Assembly (NCBI RefSeq): GCF_009914755.1
Contig: NC_060932.1
Length of the DNA: 64,000 bases
Direction: 5' to 3' (one strand)
Origin: the human T2T-CHM13v2.0 reference genome, Homo sapiens
The position numbers were made by a program, and so were the translations under genes. The notes under the pieces are model-generated. The model saw only the letters and a list, made by a program, of their open reading frames with translations, was not told the origin of the DNA and ran no database searches. Positions 1-14,901 of the stretch are shown one piece after another (positions within the stretch are counted from its first letter, which is position 1; each line of letters opens with the position of its first letter).

Positions 1-525
1 AGGCTCAAAGAGGTACGGGCTTCTGAGAGGAACTTTTGCCCTAGAATTAACACAAAGTGGACATTTACAGAATAATTCAACAAACACTTAACAAACTCCT
101 ACTATAAGAAAAGTGCTTGGATAGAGATAAGTAAAAATTGTTCTCTCTACTGAAGAGTTGAAGTCAAGGCTAACGTAATTACTCCATTTCAGCACAATTT
201 CACAATGAGACAAGGAGAACACTAACCATTATGTATAATGGCAATCCAACCACATCTGATGTGCAAAACCCCTGGGATGGTGAGTTCAAATAGACCAAGA
301 GCTGATTATAAAAATGTGAAGGTGCCCACGGAACGTGGGGCTCCCAGCGAGTGACCTGCTGCGACACCAGATGCTTTTGGTGGATATAACAGAAGAGAGT
401 TGATGAGTGAGGTGGCCAGGGTTCAGGTCTCTGTTCCACAAAAGTTAGACGTGCGACCTCCAACCAGCAGCTGACCTTGAACAGCTCCACTTCATCACTG
501 CAAAATGTAGTTTACTCCTACTGGC

Positions 526-700
526 TGGGCTGACTGGCTTCATGAGCCTGAAATCTGTGCCATCTCATAGGGCCCCCTACTCACTGGGAAAGACCCATAC
601 TTGATTTAATGTTCTGCTTTCCCCATCTAGAAATTCTTAATAATTTTTGAACAAGGGGACCCTCATTTCCATTCTTCACTGGACCCCTCAAAATATGCTC
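526..700 (+). mobile_element. MER91A-like hAT DNA transposon relic, apparently inserted into a MIR
   Basis: Matches recalled MER91A consensus: ggcttcatg...gggcccc...gaaattcttaataatttttgaacaagggg...cactgg.ccc..caaa.tatg. Confidence 0.7.
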
Positions 701-711
701 CTTTTCTGCCT

Positions 712-835
712 CTTAGGGTTGTGGAGGTTAATACAACAGTGTTTATTAGCGTTTAATATAGGGTCTGGCACTTAGCAAAATGCCTAATATATAGTAAACG
801 CTAAATAAGTGAATGTTGTTTACTATTATCGTTAC
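712..835 (+). mobile_element. MIR fragment
   Basis: tagggttgtggaggttaa...tggcacttag...tattat resembles the MIR 3' end. Confidence 0.5.
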
Positions 836-2565
836 TGCTGTGGTAAGCTCAGGGAGAAAAGCGTAATTAAGTTGGTATCTTTCAAGGAGGCACATGGGAT
901 GTCATCCGTGTAATACTCTTTCCTAATGTAATTCTGGGGACTTTGAAAGGTTCCTACGAAAAGCTCTTTATTGGCAGAACCAGGTAACATTCCTAAGACT
1001 TACCAGGCTCTGCAGAGAAGGAATTACATGTTGCATTTCAAAAACAACTCTGAGTGTCGCCGAGTATTGCTGAGCTGTAGCTGGCCAGGGTCTTTCAATT
1101 GTGTTGACCTCAATCCCTGGTAGGAAATGCATTTCCTTTGGTGATCTTGTACATTAGAATACTGCGCGGCAGAACAGCACTCACTCCTCCCACACAGAAT
1201 GCCACCTGGTGTCTTTGAGGCCGGTCGTGACCCACTCAACAGACCTCACCACCCACTAGCGCTTGGCTACTTACAGCTTGAAAAACAACACTTAAGGCAG
1301 CTGCTTAAGTCAGAGAGCTCTGCAAGACATTTGGGGACCCCCCAGCCTTGATCCCGGGGAGCCGCTGGCCATGGGGAACTGCCTCAGCCTGCACTGCCGT
1401 TGTTGGTGGCAGCTGGCATAGGACAGTCTCACACCCTTCCCAGACGCAGCTGCTGTGCCCCAGAGAGGGGAGGGTGGCAGGCGGTCCCTGCTGCTGTGTA
1501 TTACAGAAGGAAATGGGACACTGGTCTCTAACGCCCGAGATCGGGTCTTCACTGCAACCCACCAGCCTTCTAGGTTTTCCTGACCTGGGAATCTGGTAGA
1601 GCTGCACCTACCACCAGCTGGAGGTTGGACTTGGCCATGTCACTTCCTGTGGCCAAGGAAATATAAACAGAAGTCAGGCAAGTCGGCTCTGGAGAAAAGC
1701 CTTCCAGCACCGATGACTCATTGGCATTCCTGGCAGCTCCTGCCAGGTGATGGTGATGTCGAGGGGCCACTGAGGCAGGGGTCCTGAATGTGACCACAGA
1801 CCACAAATTGGGGCCTGGGGCAGATCCTGACCAGAGGGTTCCAGAACAAAGGCAGAGGGGGCTAAAGGTACAACTTTCTTAAGACTTACTGATTGTGTGG
1901 GTTTTTTCCTGAGCCAACCGGCTTACAGCATATGTATAAAAGCAATGATAGAAGTATAATTTGGTGTAGTAATTTTACCCTAATTCACACTCCCCTTCCA
2001 TGTGTCCTGCCGATGATTTTGGTAACCTTCTGCTTTCACAAATATGAAGTCAACAACATTTTCTTTCATTTTTATTGTCTGACAAAAGGGAAAGAAACAT
2101 TCATTAAGAACAAGTCACCTGTTTTCACTGAGGAGTTATAGACAATAACAGAATGAAGCCACCGCACCTTTCCCACACGCTGCTAAAGGCTGACCATTCC
2201 AAATACTGTCAATGCGATGCTGGCATCCTGTGGGAAAAATACCTTGGAAGCACTGGTTACCCACAACACTTTGAAATACTTAATTGGGTTTAAATTTCAT
2301 CAGAGAAAAGGTTCTTTCATGAAAACTCAATTAAATAACTACATAAAGGGCGTGGGGGGAAGTGTTCATTACTAATTACGCAGAAAGCAAAAAATACGTA
2401 TATTAAATATTACATGTCTCCCCTCCTCAAACACCCAAGTACTTCAAAATAAATGGACGACGAATATGTGGGTTTCATTCCTAAGGAACGTCGGGCTACT
2501 CAGCAAAGCAAAATACCCTCTTCGCTCTTCACCTCCCCGGACGGCGTTGCGTGTGTTGAAAGTCA

Positions 2566-3275
<710 letters not shown>

Positions 3276-4109
3276 TCATCACCATTGTAAAATCACGTTC
3301 CTGATTCTTATACCACAACTTATTCTTTTAATGCCCCAATATTAGGATGTAAGAAATTATCTATGGTGGAATAATTTGTTTTCATTTCATATAAAATTGA
3401 AAAACTTATTAAAGAGCTTGATGTTGCTGAAAGATGACCCACATCAATGTATCTTTATGTAATTATTTCTATTACATGTTTATTGTGTTTTGAATCCACA
3501 CAACAAATCACAGACAGCATGAACCCCGCAGCCAACAGGTCTCAATGCAAAGCTTGCAGCCATACTTAGATACATCATCTGACAATGTAAAGAAAGGTGC
3601 TCACCTCATTTTTAAAGTCAAGGAGAAGAATTGCAACCTAATGTTTAGTACATTTTTGTGTTAGGACATATATCTGGTCATTCCTTTTTTGTTTTGTCTT
3701 ATACTACTTATACTCATATTTATGTAACCCAAAGAAATAAAATTCACCCTCCCACCTTATCAAATATGTTGAAAACAAACATATCTTGTTTTCTGGAATT
3801 ATGAATGTGAGTGAGGAGCAGCTGAGCCACCCTATGGCAGGGCAGCTCGGCTCTCAGGGACAGTCATGCGGGCATGGAGCTCCCTTCCCGGCGCAGGGCT
3901 TTGCTGCAGCTGAGTGGGATCCTCCTAGAGATGCACAACTTCCTGGCGGGCCCTGAGGCGAGCGCCCAAGGAGGGCTTCCTGGTGACCTGCGGCAATGCC
4001 CGCTCCTCTCAGGCGAGCTTCCCATTGCAGCTGCCCTGCTCTGGGCTGGTGTTTGTCTTCCTGCGCTGATTTATGTGTAGAAACTTTGAAAATTCCTAGC
4101 AAGAATTGG

Positions 4110-4600
4110 TGCGTGTGTGAGAGTGTGCAAGTATGCGTATGTGTGCATGTATGAGCATGTGTCTGTGCACTCATGTGAGACTGTGCGTGTGTCTGTGCAT
4201 GTGTGTATGTGTGACTAGGTGTGTGCATGTGATTGTGTGTGCTTATGCATGTGTGCATATCTGTGGATGTGTGCATGCATGTTTGTGCACGTGTGCCTGC
4301 ATGACAGTGTATATGTGTACATGTGAGAATGTGCCTGTGTGTGCATATGTGAATGTGAGTATTGTGTGCATGCGAGTGTTGCACATGTGTGAACATGTGC
4401 ATGTGTGTATGGGCACAGGTGTTCGTGTGTGTGTGTATGTGTGTATGTGAGTGTGCACGTGTGGATTCATGCATGTGTGTGCCTGTGTGAGTGTGTGAAT
4501 GTGTATATGTAAGGGTGTGCATTGTATGTGAATGTGTATGTTTATATTTGTGTGTTGATGCATGCTTATATGTTACTGTTAATGAGCATGTGTATGTCCA
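4110..4600. repeat. Degenerate (TG)n/(TGCA)n alternating purine-pyrimidine tract
   Basis: ~490 bp of tgtgtgcatgtgtg-type sequence; source of the His/Thr and Val/Cys ORFs. Confidence 0.95.
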
Positions 4601-4744
4601 CGAATAACATGGCTTTCATAACCCTTTAATAAGATAAATAGCACTACTATTATGGACATTGTATACATAATTTTATCTATTTTTTATATCCTTCAAAAGA
4701 TGTATTTAAAGAAAACAAGACAGAGGATGATGGAAAAATTAAAT

Positions 4745-4950
4745 GTGGAACCAGCCCATAGAACACAGCATTTTCTCTACACAGTCATCAGTTCCCTCAT
4801 GACTATTCGCTCTTTCATATCGTGGAAATAATGGTGCTTATTCTGCTCAGTTCACACTACATTGTAGGATTAAGTTGGACAACATATCCCGAAGCGCTGC
4901 ATACGCTGTGAGTAACAGGTGAGCACAATGACGGTGATACTCAGCATTAG
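4745..4950 (+). mobile_element. MIR fragment
   Basis: cagttccctcat...gaaataatggtgc...ttgtaggattaagttg..aacatat resembles the MIR core. Confidence 0.45.
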
Positions 4951-5407
4951 CTGCAGATGCTTTCTTGGGTCCTCCCTTCCTTGTAGGCAACAGTGGTCCC
5001 TGCCTGCCTGTCAATCAAACCCCCATTTCCCACTGGGCATTTAGCAGGATACGTTTCATCCCCAGAAACCACATCCTGCTCAACTGTGATTCAAGAATAC
5101 GCCCAAGCTCCTCTCATCCCCCATCACCTCCCAGATTTCCCTCTCCACCGCTCCCTCTTCGTTTGTTCAGGCACAGTTCACTGTCTGCCGCCTGCTGCAT
5201 GCGGGGCTTAGGCCACACAACGGGGAGCACGATGGCTGTGGATTCTGCACTTTCTGAGTTTACGTTGCAGTAAACACATAAACTCATATAGGCGATCTCA
5301 TGCTGTCCTTTACTCTTCCTGTGTGCATGGTTTTCACCCAGAGATTGGAAGTTCTTCAAGGAAAGAATCACATTTTGCATTTTTATATCCTTCACGGTAT
5401 CAGCAGT

Positions 5408-5770
5408 TGTTTACTCATTCAATAAGTATTGAATATCTAATAACACATTAGACCTTGGGGATAAAATAATAACAAAAGATTGTTTTTTCTCTATTGCAAC
5501 TAACTGCATAGTAGGAAATTTGATGTCTACACAGTCAATAATACAACAGAGAGGAGAGCTCTAAAATACAGGACGTGTGAGCCCCCCAGGGGAGAGAAGA
5601 TGGAACGCTAACAGCCAGGGGAAGAGGGAGGAAGGCGCCGGCCCTCTGGGAGGAAGCGGCTCTGGAAGGAAGTGGCCTGCAATCTGAGGCCTCAGGATGA
5701 GAGGAGATGAGCCAGGTGAAGAGAAATAAAATTACATTCCAGGCAAAGAGGAATGAAATAGAGAACAGCA
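5408..5770 (-). mobile_element. L2 fragment
   Basis: ctcattcaataagtattgaatatct start and acattccaggcaaagaggaa typical of the L2 3' end. Confidence 0.5.
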
Positions 5771-5975
5771 CATCGTTTTAAAGAAATATTTAAGAAAGAC
5801 GAGTTGCTTAGAGGTTATAATTTCAGAGTTGAGCAATTGATTCTGTCTTTATAAGACTTTATATGACTTTTATAAGATGCAGTAAGTCATTACTTAGAAT
5901 AATGGTTGTCAATAATAAAAGTTTCAAACTCAATAATTAGTTTTAAAACAATAAATAAATATAATAGCATTGTAA

Positions 5976-6092
5976 TTTTTGTCTGTTTGTTTGTTTGTAG
6001 AGACAAAGTTTTTAACTCCAAGGCTCAAGTGATCCTCCTACCTCGGACGCCAAAATTGCTGGAATTACAGCTGTAAGACACCATGTCTGGCC
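5976..6092 (-). mobile_element. FLAM / Alu monomer, internally deleted
   Basis: ggctcaagtgatcctcctacctcgg...gctggaattacag...accatgtctggcc; near-flanking direct repeat gcattgtaat (probable TSD). Confidence 0.8.
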
Positions 6093-6507
6093 TGGCATTG
6101 TAATATGAATGCTTTTTTAGGGGGAAAATGTTGTGGTATAAAATCTCGCGGCTAGGCGTTTAAATGATGCCTTCAATGAACCGCACTCTAGCAACGGCTC
6201 AGCAACATAGAGCTGGGAATTAGCAAGGTAAAGACCCCAGTGATATTCGGGGAATAAACACGTCCACCCCATAGCTTTTCTCAACCTAATTTTATTCCCG
6301 GAGACAGGGTCTCCACACTTGGCTGCAATGACAACCACCAGAAATATCTTCCAGTCCTCATCAAGTCCCAGAACCAGTCATTCAAATTGCCGTGGGGAGT
6401 GACATCAACTCCCCACGAAAGTGAAAGCCGCCCAGGTGTTTGGATTCAAAGCACGGAGGAGTTCAGGGAAGCAAACAGACTCCTCGGCCCGCGACCCAGC
6501 ACCCCCG

Positions 6508-6621
6508 CCTGAGCTTCCCACGCTTCCAGGCTTAGCCTCCTGTGTCCTCATTTGCAGAGTCGCAACCTAGCACGCCTGCCTGAGCTTCCAGGCTTAGCCT
6601 CATGTGTCCTCATTTGCAGAC
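6508..6621. repeat. Short imperfect direct duplication
   Basis: gcttccaggcttagcctc(c/a)tgtgtcctcatttgcaga occurs twice, each preceded by gcctgagcttcc. Confidence 0.85.
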
Positions 6622-7479
6622 TCTCTTCTGGAGCCATCGGTGTCACCCCCCTCCGAGAGGTGACACGGTTCCTCTGCTCCCCCGTTGCGGCTAGTGCAGG
6701 ACTCTGCACCTCCCACCAGGCAGCTCTCAGCCCTGTCCGCTCCAAATGTTTCCTTCCTTACAGGAAAACTCATCTTCACGTGGGCGAGGAAAGGCCCACA
6801 GATATTTAAGACTGTCTGTACCAGTGTGTCTGTCGTGCTTTTTGGAAGCCAGGATGAAAAACAAGGGTTCCTGCCCTCAAAGAGCACATACTCAGACATC
6901 TCACCTGTTTCCAAAGCCCCAAGTGAGCAAAAGTGAAGCTCACCAGGCCCACAAACTCACTTTTCAAAGAGAATTTCCTGTCCCTTTCCCAGGGTCTTCT
7001 GTGGTTCTCCCAACATTCAGGTGTCCTAGCCCTGGCAACAGATTTGAGTGCTATCGAAATCCAGTTCTAAGTAGCCTGGTCTGGGTGTTCTCACCACACA
7101 CCTGAGTGATTAACACAGACAGTAGCATATCACTTAAGGGATTCCCACCTCTCAACACCTGCCTCGGGGCACCCTGCTGGGATCCTCCTGCTCCCCAGCC
7201 CTGCCCCACCTCAGTCCCCTCCCTGTGCTTGGTGAGTTCCTCTTCTCGGCTGCCCAGGTTCCTCTTTCCTCAGCATCTCACTGTCCATCTGCCAGAAACC
7301 CCGGCTGCCTCTAACTCCAGAATATGGCCAGGTCAGTCAGCTCTCACCAGCTCTCCCTTCACCCACCTCCTGCTTCTGGGTGGCTAAGGAGCCCCTTCGC
7401 TGGTCCAGTTCTACCTTCCTCTCTGTATCCGCCTGATCCTTCTGCAAACAAGAGGCCGAGGAAACACTGGCTGCACATA

Positions 7480-7665
7480 ACACACTTCTCTCCTGTCTGT
7501 GCCTGGCCTGTGTGCTCTGCATGTGACACTCCTCTCTCCCGTCCACGCCCGGCCTGTGTGCTCTGCATGTGACACTCTTCTCTCCTGTCCACGCCCGGCC
7601 TGTGTGCTCTGCATGTGACACTCCTCTCTCCTGTCCATGCCTGGCCTGTGTGCTCTGCATGAGCA
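7480..7665. repeat. 46-bp minisatellite, ~4 copies
   Basis: Unit cctgtgtgctctgcatgtgacactcctctctcctgtccacgcccgg at 7507, 7553, 7599 and 7645 (partial). Confidence 0.95.
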
Positions 7666-8134
7666 CTTCTTCCTTTGCCTACCTGCTGTCCTCTCTCTCT
7701 CCACCCACTGCGGTGGCTGTGTGCTTCTCCAGACACACCAGGCCACTCCTGCCCCAGCGGCACCTGCCTCTCCATCCTCCAAACACCCACCAGGCTCCCT
7801 CCCTTCTTTCCAGTCCATTCTCCAAAGGCCCTTCTCACCGAGGTCTCTCCTGGGCATGGCCTTAGATCTCTCACCCACCCCAGCCCTCCCAGACCCTCTT
7901 CTTCTGCCCTAATTTTGCACATAGCTCTTGCACCCACTGAGCGCTCTAATGGCAAGCCCATCTGATGGCTGTCCATCTTCCCTGAGCTGACATGAGCTCT
8001 CTGAAGACTCGAGATCTTCTGCCTGCTCGGTTCACTGCTTTATCCCTGGCATGCAGAACCAACTATTAATCACCACCATCAATACATAGGATGTGGCCTC
8101 TGTGAGCGTTTTGCCTCTATTTTTCCAATTCATC

Positions 8135-8250
8135 CTCATAATAAATTCAAGACATGAGTTTTGGAGTTTCCTCCCCATTTTACAGATGAGGAAGGAAGGC
8201 TGAGAGGTTAGGTGACCTGGCCCCATTGAGGACATGCAGGAGGTCTGCAG
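8135..8250 (-). mobile_element. MIR fragment
   Basis: ccccattttacagatgaggaa...gctgagaggttaggtgacctggccc. Confidence 0.7.
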
Positions 8251-8362
8251 ACCCAAGATGGCCCCGTCCCCCTTCACTCTTGGTCTGATCCAGCCCCTTC
8301 CGCACAGTGTCCTCCTTGAATCTTTTGCTTCAAGCACAATTATTATAAATATGCACCCAGAA

Positions 8363-8400
8363 TTTTTATTTTATTTAAGTTCTGGGATACATGTGCAGGA
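8363..8400 (-). mobile_element. Very short L1PA 3'-terminal fragment
   Basis: ttttattttatttaagttctgggatacatgtgcag matches the reverse complement of the L1PA 3' end and tail. Confidence 0.6.
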
Positions 8401-8709
8401 TGGGCTCTCCAGAGCTCTCCAGAGCTGTCTCTCTCCCACCTGTAAAAAGTCCACAGATGTGGATTTTTTTCAGCCCATGTGGCAGGTAAGGTGGCCACCT
8501 CACAGTGGTCAGCCTCAGCCTTCAGGGTGATGAAAGAATGAGTCTGCCTCTGGTTTTTCTCTGTCTCTCACACTCTCTCCAGGAATATTAAAAACAAAAC
8601 AACTACAAAAAAAGCAGAGTTTGATGGTTGTTTGTTACTGACTTATTCCAGATTTGACAGATAGTTCTTCCCTACCTCCACTTCATTCAACAGCCTTGTA
8701 TCATGTGGC

Positions 8710-8732
8710 TAGATGAAGGGTAGATAGGTAGG

Positions 8733-8777
<45 letters not shown>

Positions 8778-9022
8778 GAATGGGTGGATAGATAGAAGAT
8801 GATAGATAGATAAATTGATGGATGGATGGATGGATAGATGGATGAATGGATATATCGATAGATAGGTGAATGGACAGATGGATGGATGGATACACAGATG
8901 AGACAGATGGATGGATAGATAGATGTAGATGAAAGAAATAGAGAAAGGAAAGAAGGATGGAAAAAAGAAAGAAGGAAGAAAGGAAGAAAGAAAAATGAAA
9001 GAAAGAAAGAAAAAGAAAAAGA
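8710..9022. repeat. Compound (GATA)n/(GGAT)n STR followed by a GAAA-rich purine tract
   Basis: ~10 perfect tetranucleotide GATA units at ~8735-8776, then ggat and gaaa repeats. Confidence 0.95.
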
Positions 9023-9319
9023 GGCCGGGCACGATGGCTCATGCCTGTAGTCCCAGCACTTTGGGAGGCCGAGGTGGGCTGATCACAAGTTCAAGAGATC
9101 GAGACCATCCTGGCTAACACAGTGAAATCCCGTCTCTACTAAAAAATACAAAAACTTAGCAGGGTGTGGTGGCGGGCACCTGTAATCCCAGCTACTCAGG
9201 AGGCTGAGGCAGGAGAATGGCATGAACCCAGAAGGTGGAGTTTCCAGTGAGCCGAGATCAAGTCACTGCACTCCAACCTGGGCAACAGAGCGAGACTCCA
9301 TCTCAAAAAAAAAAAAAAA
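9023..9319 (+). mobile_element. Full-length Alu (AluY/Sc-like)
   Basis: gatcgagaccatcctggctaac and ggagaatggcatgaaccc diagnostics; A-tail. Confidence 0.95.
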
Positions 9320-9937
9320 GAAAGAGAAAGAAAATGGTAGCTAATACATAAATGTTATAATATCCCCAAGAGTTTCCTGAAGTCGAGGATAATGACATCT
9401 GATTCCTGACATCATTCACAATGCCTAATACATACCAACTACTTAGTATTTCTTGAGTAGATGTCAAGCCACGTTTGTATATATTTTGTTTCGTTTTTAA
9501 TGTTCTATCTCAGACACAGTGGATGCCAGAGAGTTCATTCTCCTTGATAATAGATCTCTTTAATTCAACCCATTGTCCTCTTGCCACTTGTAGTCACATT
9601 CTAGCATCATGGTCAGTGCATACAGTTTTATTTGAAAAGCCATAGATTGACATTGGATTATTAATAACTGAGGTAAGTAAGAAGGGGTGTATGTTGTTGA
9701 TTACTTTTCCGGGCTATCACTTATCTAGACAGACATTGACCATATTATTGGAAATATGCAGGAAGGCACAATTTTTTTCTGCAAATTCAAGGATGCAGGA
9801 AATACTACATGTACTTACCGACTGCCCTTAAGTCTACTCCAGGTCTAAACTTTCACCTCCCTGTATTCCATCTAAGGACCGGACAAACCCAGGCAGGAAG
9901 CAGGACAGAGACCAGGGATTCTCCTGATTCTGCATCT

Positions 9938-10908
<971 letters not shown>

Positions 10909-11315
10909 ATCACTTGTCCTCAGTGGCTTCTGCTGCTGTTTCTGTGGAAGCCAAGGCACAGTTTCTCAGCAGCAGCCCCAGAAGGTGACAATATCAGCCT
11001 ATCCCAGGCACGACGCACAGACCCTCTCCCCTGGGCCCTCCTCTCTCCTTGTGTTGCTCAAAGGCTCTACCCCTAAAACCTAAGTGGGACAATGAGGTAA
11101 GCTGATGCTTGGTGGTGAGACTCTGACTGCCAGAAACACTGAGTTATAACCATGGAAATCCCAGAGGCAAGAAATTAAGATGTCCTGAGTAAAGTCAGGG
11201 AATAAAAATAATAAAATATAAATTATCTCAAAAACATCCACCCATAAGTGGAAAATCCAATGTCCCAATGCATAAACTTACTGTTATTGGCTGTGATTGA
11301 AATCACATTGGACAT

Positions 11316-12011
<696 letters not shown>

Positions 12012-12394
12012 CATATCTTCAGTTCACATCAATAAATACGGGTCAATTATAGAATTGGAAAGATATGAATGAGTTTCCCAACTTGTTTCTCTTATAATCA
12101 ACATTAAAATTTTCCACCTCCCTCCCTTTCTTTCTTCCTGCCTTTATTTTTCTTTCTTGGCTTTCTTTTAGTTTTGGTAAATCTATAATTTTTGCTTCAG
12201 CTTTTGGCTTTAAATCTTTCCTGACCCAACTTATTTAGCATGTGAGCAATGGCTGATTAACAATCAAATTTTAGAAAGCGGGGGTCATTCCTGCCTGCTT
12301 CATAGCAATTATCTTATGAATTCCTGCTTTTGCTCTCTCTTCAAGGTATCTCTGTTTTGTTCTTGTTTCTGGCTTTCAAGTCACTTTTCAGATT

Positions 12395-13268
12395 TGTTGA
12401 TGAAAAGAGTCAAACTCTCCAAAATATTTGAAGGGATTTATTCTGAGCCAAATATGAACGACCATTGGCTCATGGCAGAGCCCCAGGAGATCCTGAGAAC
12501 ATGTGCCCAAGGTGGCCAGGCTACAGCCTTGTTTTATACATTTTAGGGAGACTTGGGACATCAATCAATATGTGTAAGATCTACATTGGTTTGGTCTGGA
12601 AAGGGGGATGACTGCAAATGGGAGTGGGGGAGATGGGGGGCTCCAGGTCATAGGCAGTTGCAAAGATTTTCTGATTGGCAATTGATCAAAAGAAGTATTA
12701 TCTAAAGACCCGGAATCAATATAAAAGAATGTCTGGGTTAAGATAAGGGGTTGTAGAGACCCCCTTATCATGCAGATGACTCCTCCAGGTGGCAGGATTC
12801 AGAGCTCTTATCAGATCTAAAAAGGTGCCAGACTCTTAGTTAATTCTCTATTGGGCCAGGGAAAAGATCTGGAAAAAGAAGAGTATTCTCTATGGAACAT
12901 AGATTTTCCCCAGAAGAGACAGCTTTGCAGGGCCATTTCAGAATATGCCAAACATATATTTTGGGGTAAAATACTTTGATTTCCTTAGTGGCCAACTACC
13001 TGTCATGTGATGCTATATCAGAGTCGGGCTGAAAACTGGTGTCTTATTGTTACAAAAGGCCTGTTTCAATAGCCCTAAGATCTCTGTGTTGATTGTAATG
13101 CCACAGCTGTGACTGAATTCCAAAAGGAGGGGTACAATGGGGCGTGTCCAAAGCCCATTTGCCATCACAGCCTGAACTAGTTTTTCAGGTTAACTTTGAA
13201 ATGCCCTTGGCTGAGAGGAAGGTCCATCAGTCAATTGGAGGGCTTAGGATTTTTACTTTTGGCTTACA
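12395..13268 (-). mobile_element. MER4-family ERV1 solo LTR
   Basis: aaaagagtcaaactct...atttattctgagccaaatatg...gagaacatgtgcccaaggtgg; TG...CA ends and perfect 4-bp TSD gatt. Confidence 0.88.
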
Positions 13269-13888
13269 GATTTAACAGATTTCAGTTTTTCTCTGCTGCA
13301 CTGATACTTAGGTCCTATTTTTGCTTTCCCTGGCCTCCTCTTTGCTGTGTTTAAAAGCCCAGCTCCCAGGCCAAGCTTCCAGCAGGGTGGGTAAGTGGGA
13401 GGGGAAGAGGTGGGGTGGGGTAAGCACAGGGTAGATCAGGAGTGGATAGGCCCTGAGGAGGGGGAGCAAGCTCGCGGGCCAGGGACTATTTTCACTGCTT
13501 TTCTCAAGTCCAGTACGAATCCTGGCATGTCTACCCAGCAGCACAGAGTCCTTGGGCTAAAGTTGTTTGTATTCCTCCAATAATCCATCTGAAGGCCTTA
13601 AATCATGACTTCTGTTTCTTTGACTTCCCCACAGTGATGGTCCTAGACTCCCACCACTGGCTCATAGAAGTGGCTTCATTAATAAATGTGGTTAGACTGA
13701 AATTAATAATTTTTGTATTTTGTTAGACTGATTTCTTAAGTAATGGAAATACAGCTTTTATATTCATGCTCATGGTTACTCCAACTGAAATTACCTAAAT
13801 ACTCAAGAATGCAAAAAACAATTTGTGCTTTGAAGTGTTCAAATTTCCAAATCACCTTAAAGTGTATTAAAGATAATACTATTAATAA

Positions 13889-14224
<336 letters not shown>

Positions 14225-14391
14225 TAATATGTGTAATGTCTTTTCTCCAAACTTTTAATCTGTACATGGGCAATTCTAATTTTTTTAAGTATGTAAGAAA
14301 ATGCTAGTTCTCATTTTTACTGCTCCAATGATCAACTTAGAGGCCAACCGAGGCATGCCACTGTCTGGAATTCAAGGAGTATGGAAGGAGG

Positions 14392-14901
14392 AAGAACTTA
14401 CTTTTCCATCTGTTCTCCGAGATTCCGTGTCTGGGTCTCTGTGTAAACTGACGAAACACAAATTAACAAGAGGAAAACCAGGTGTAATGACACGTCAACA
14501 CCTGGGATTTCGAAAAAAGTGTGGCTTAAGCAGGTGGTTAACTTTGGGGCTTCCAGATGATATTAAGGATGATGAAGTGTGGAGAAGAAGGGAGATGAAG
14601 GAAGGGAAGTTTGGTGCTTATGGGGGATGAGTTATGGGAATGCGAGTAGGATATGCAGGTAAGAGACGTTTACAAAGGTTTGTTATGCAGATAAGAGTCA
14701 TCTCAGGCAATAAGAGTTACTCTCAGGTAAGAGAGAAGAGGACACTTTCACAAATAGAAATTGCTTTTGTAAAAGTGAATTTCCTCTACCAAAGGGTTTT
14801 AGAGCTTTCCTTGCCTTTGCTGTTCCTCAATTGCCATCAACTCAAAATAATCCTCAGGCCAGAGTGGCATGTTTTCAGGTAGCATCTTCTGGTTGCCTTC
14901 A
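14392..14901 (-). mobile_element. MER34-family ERV1 LTR
   Basis: Reverse complement begins tgaaggcaaccagaagatgctacc...ggattattttgagttgatggcaattgag. Confidence 0.65.

Noticed and set aside
3854-4563. Long His/Thr-rich and Val/Cys-rich ORFs (up to 222 aa)
   Set aside because: They are translations of the (TG)n/(CA)n tract; no gene context
7337-7976. Overlapping ORFs of 90-205 aa
   Set aside because: Produced by the 46-bp VNTR and a pyrimidine-rich tract
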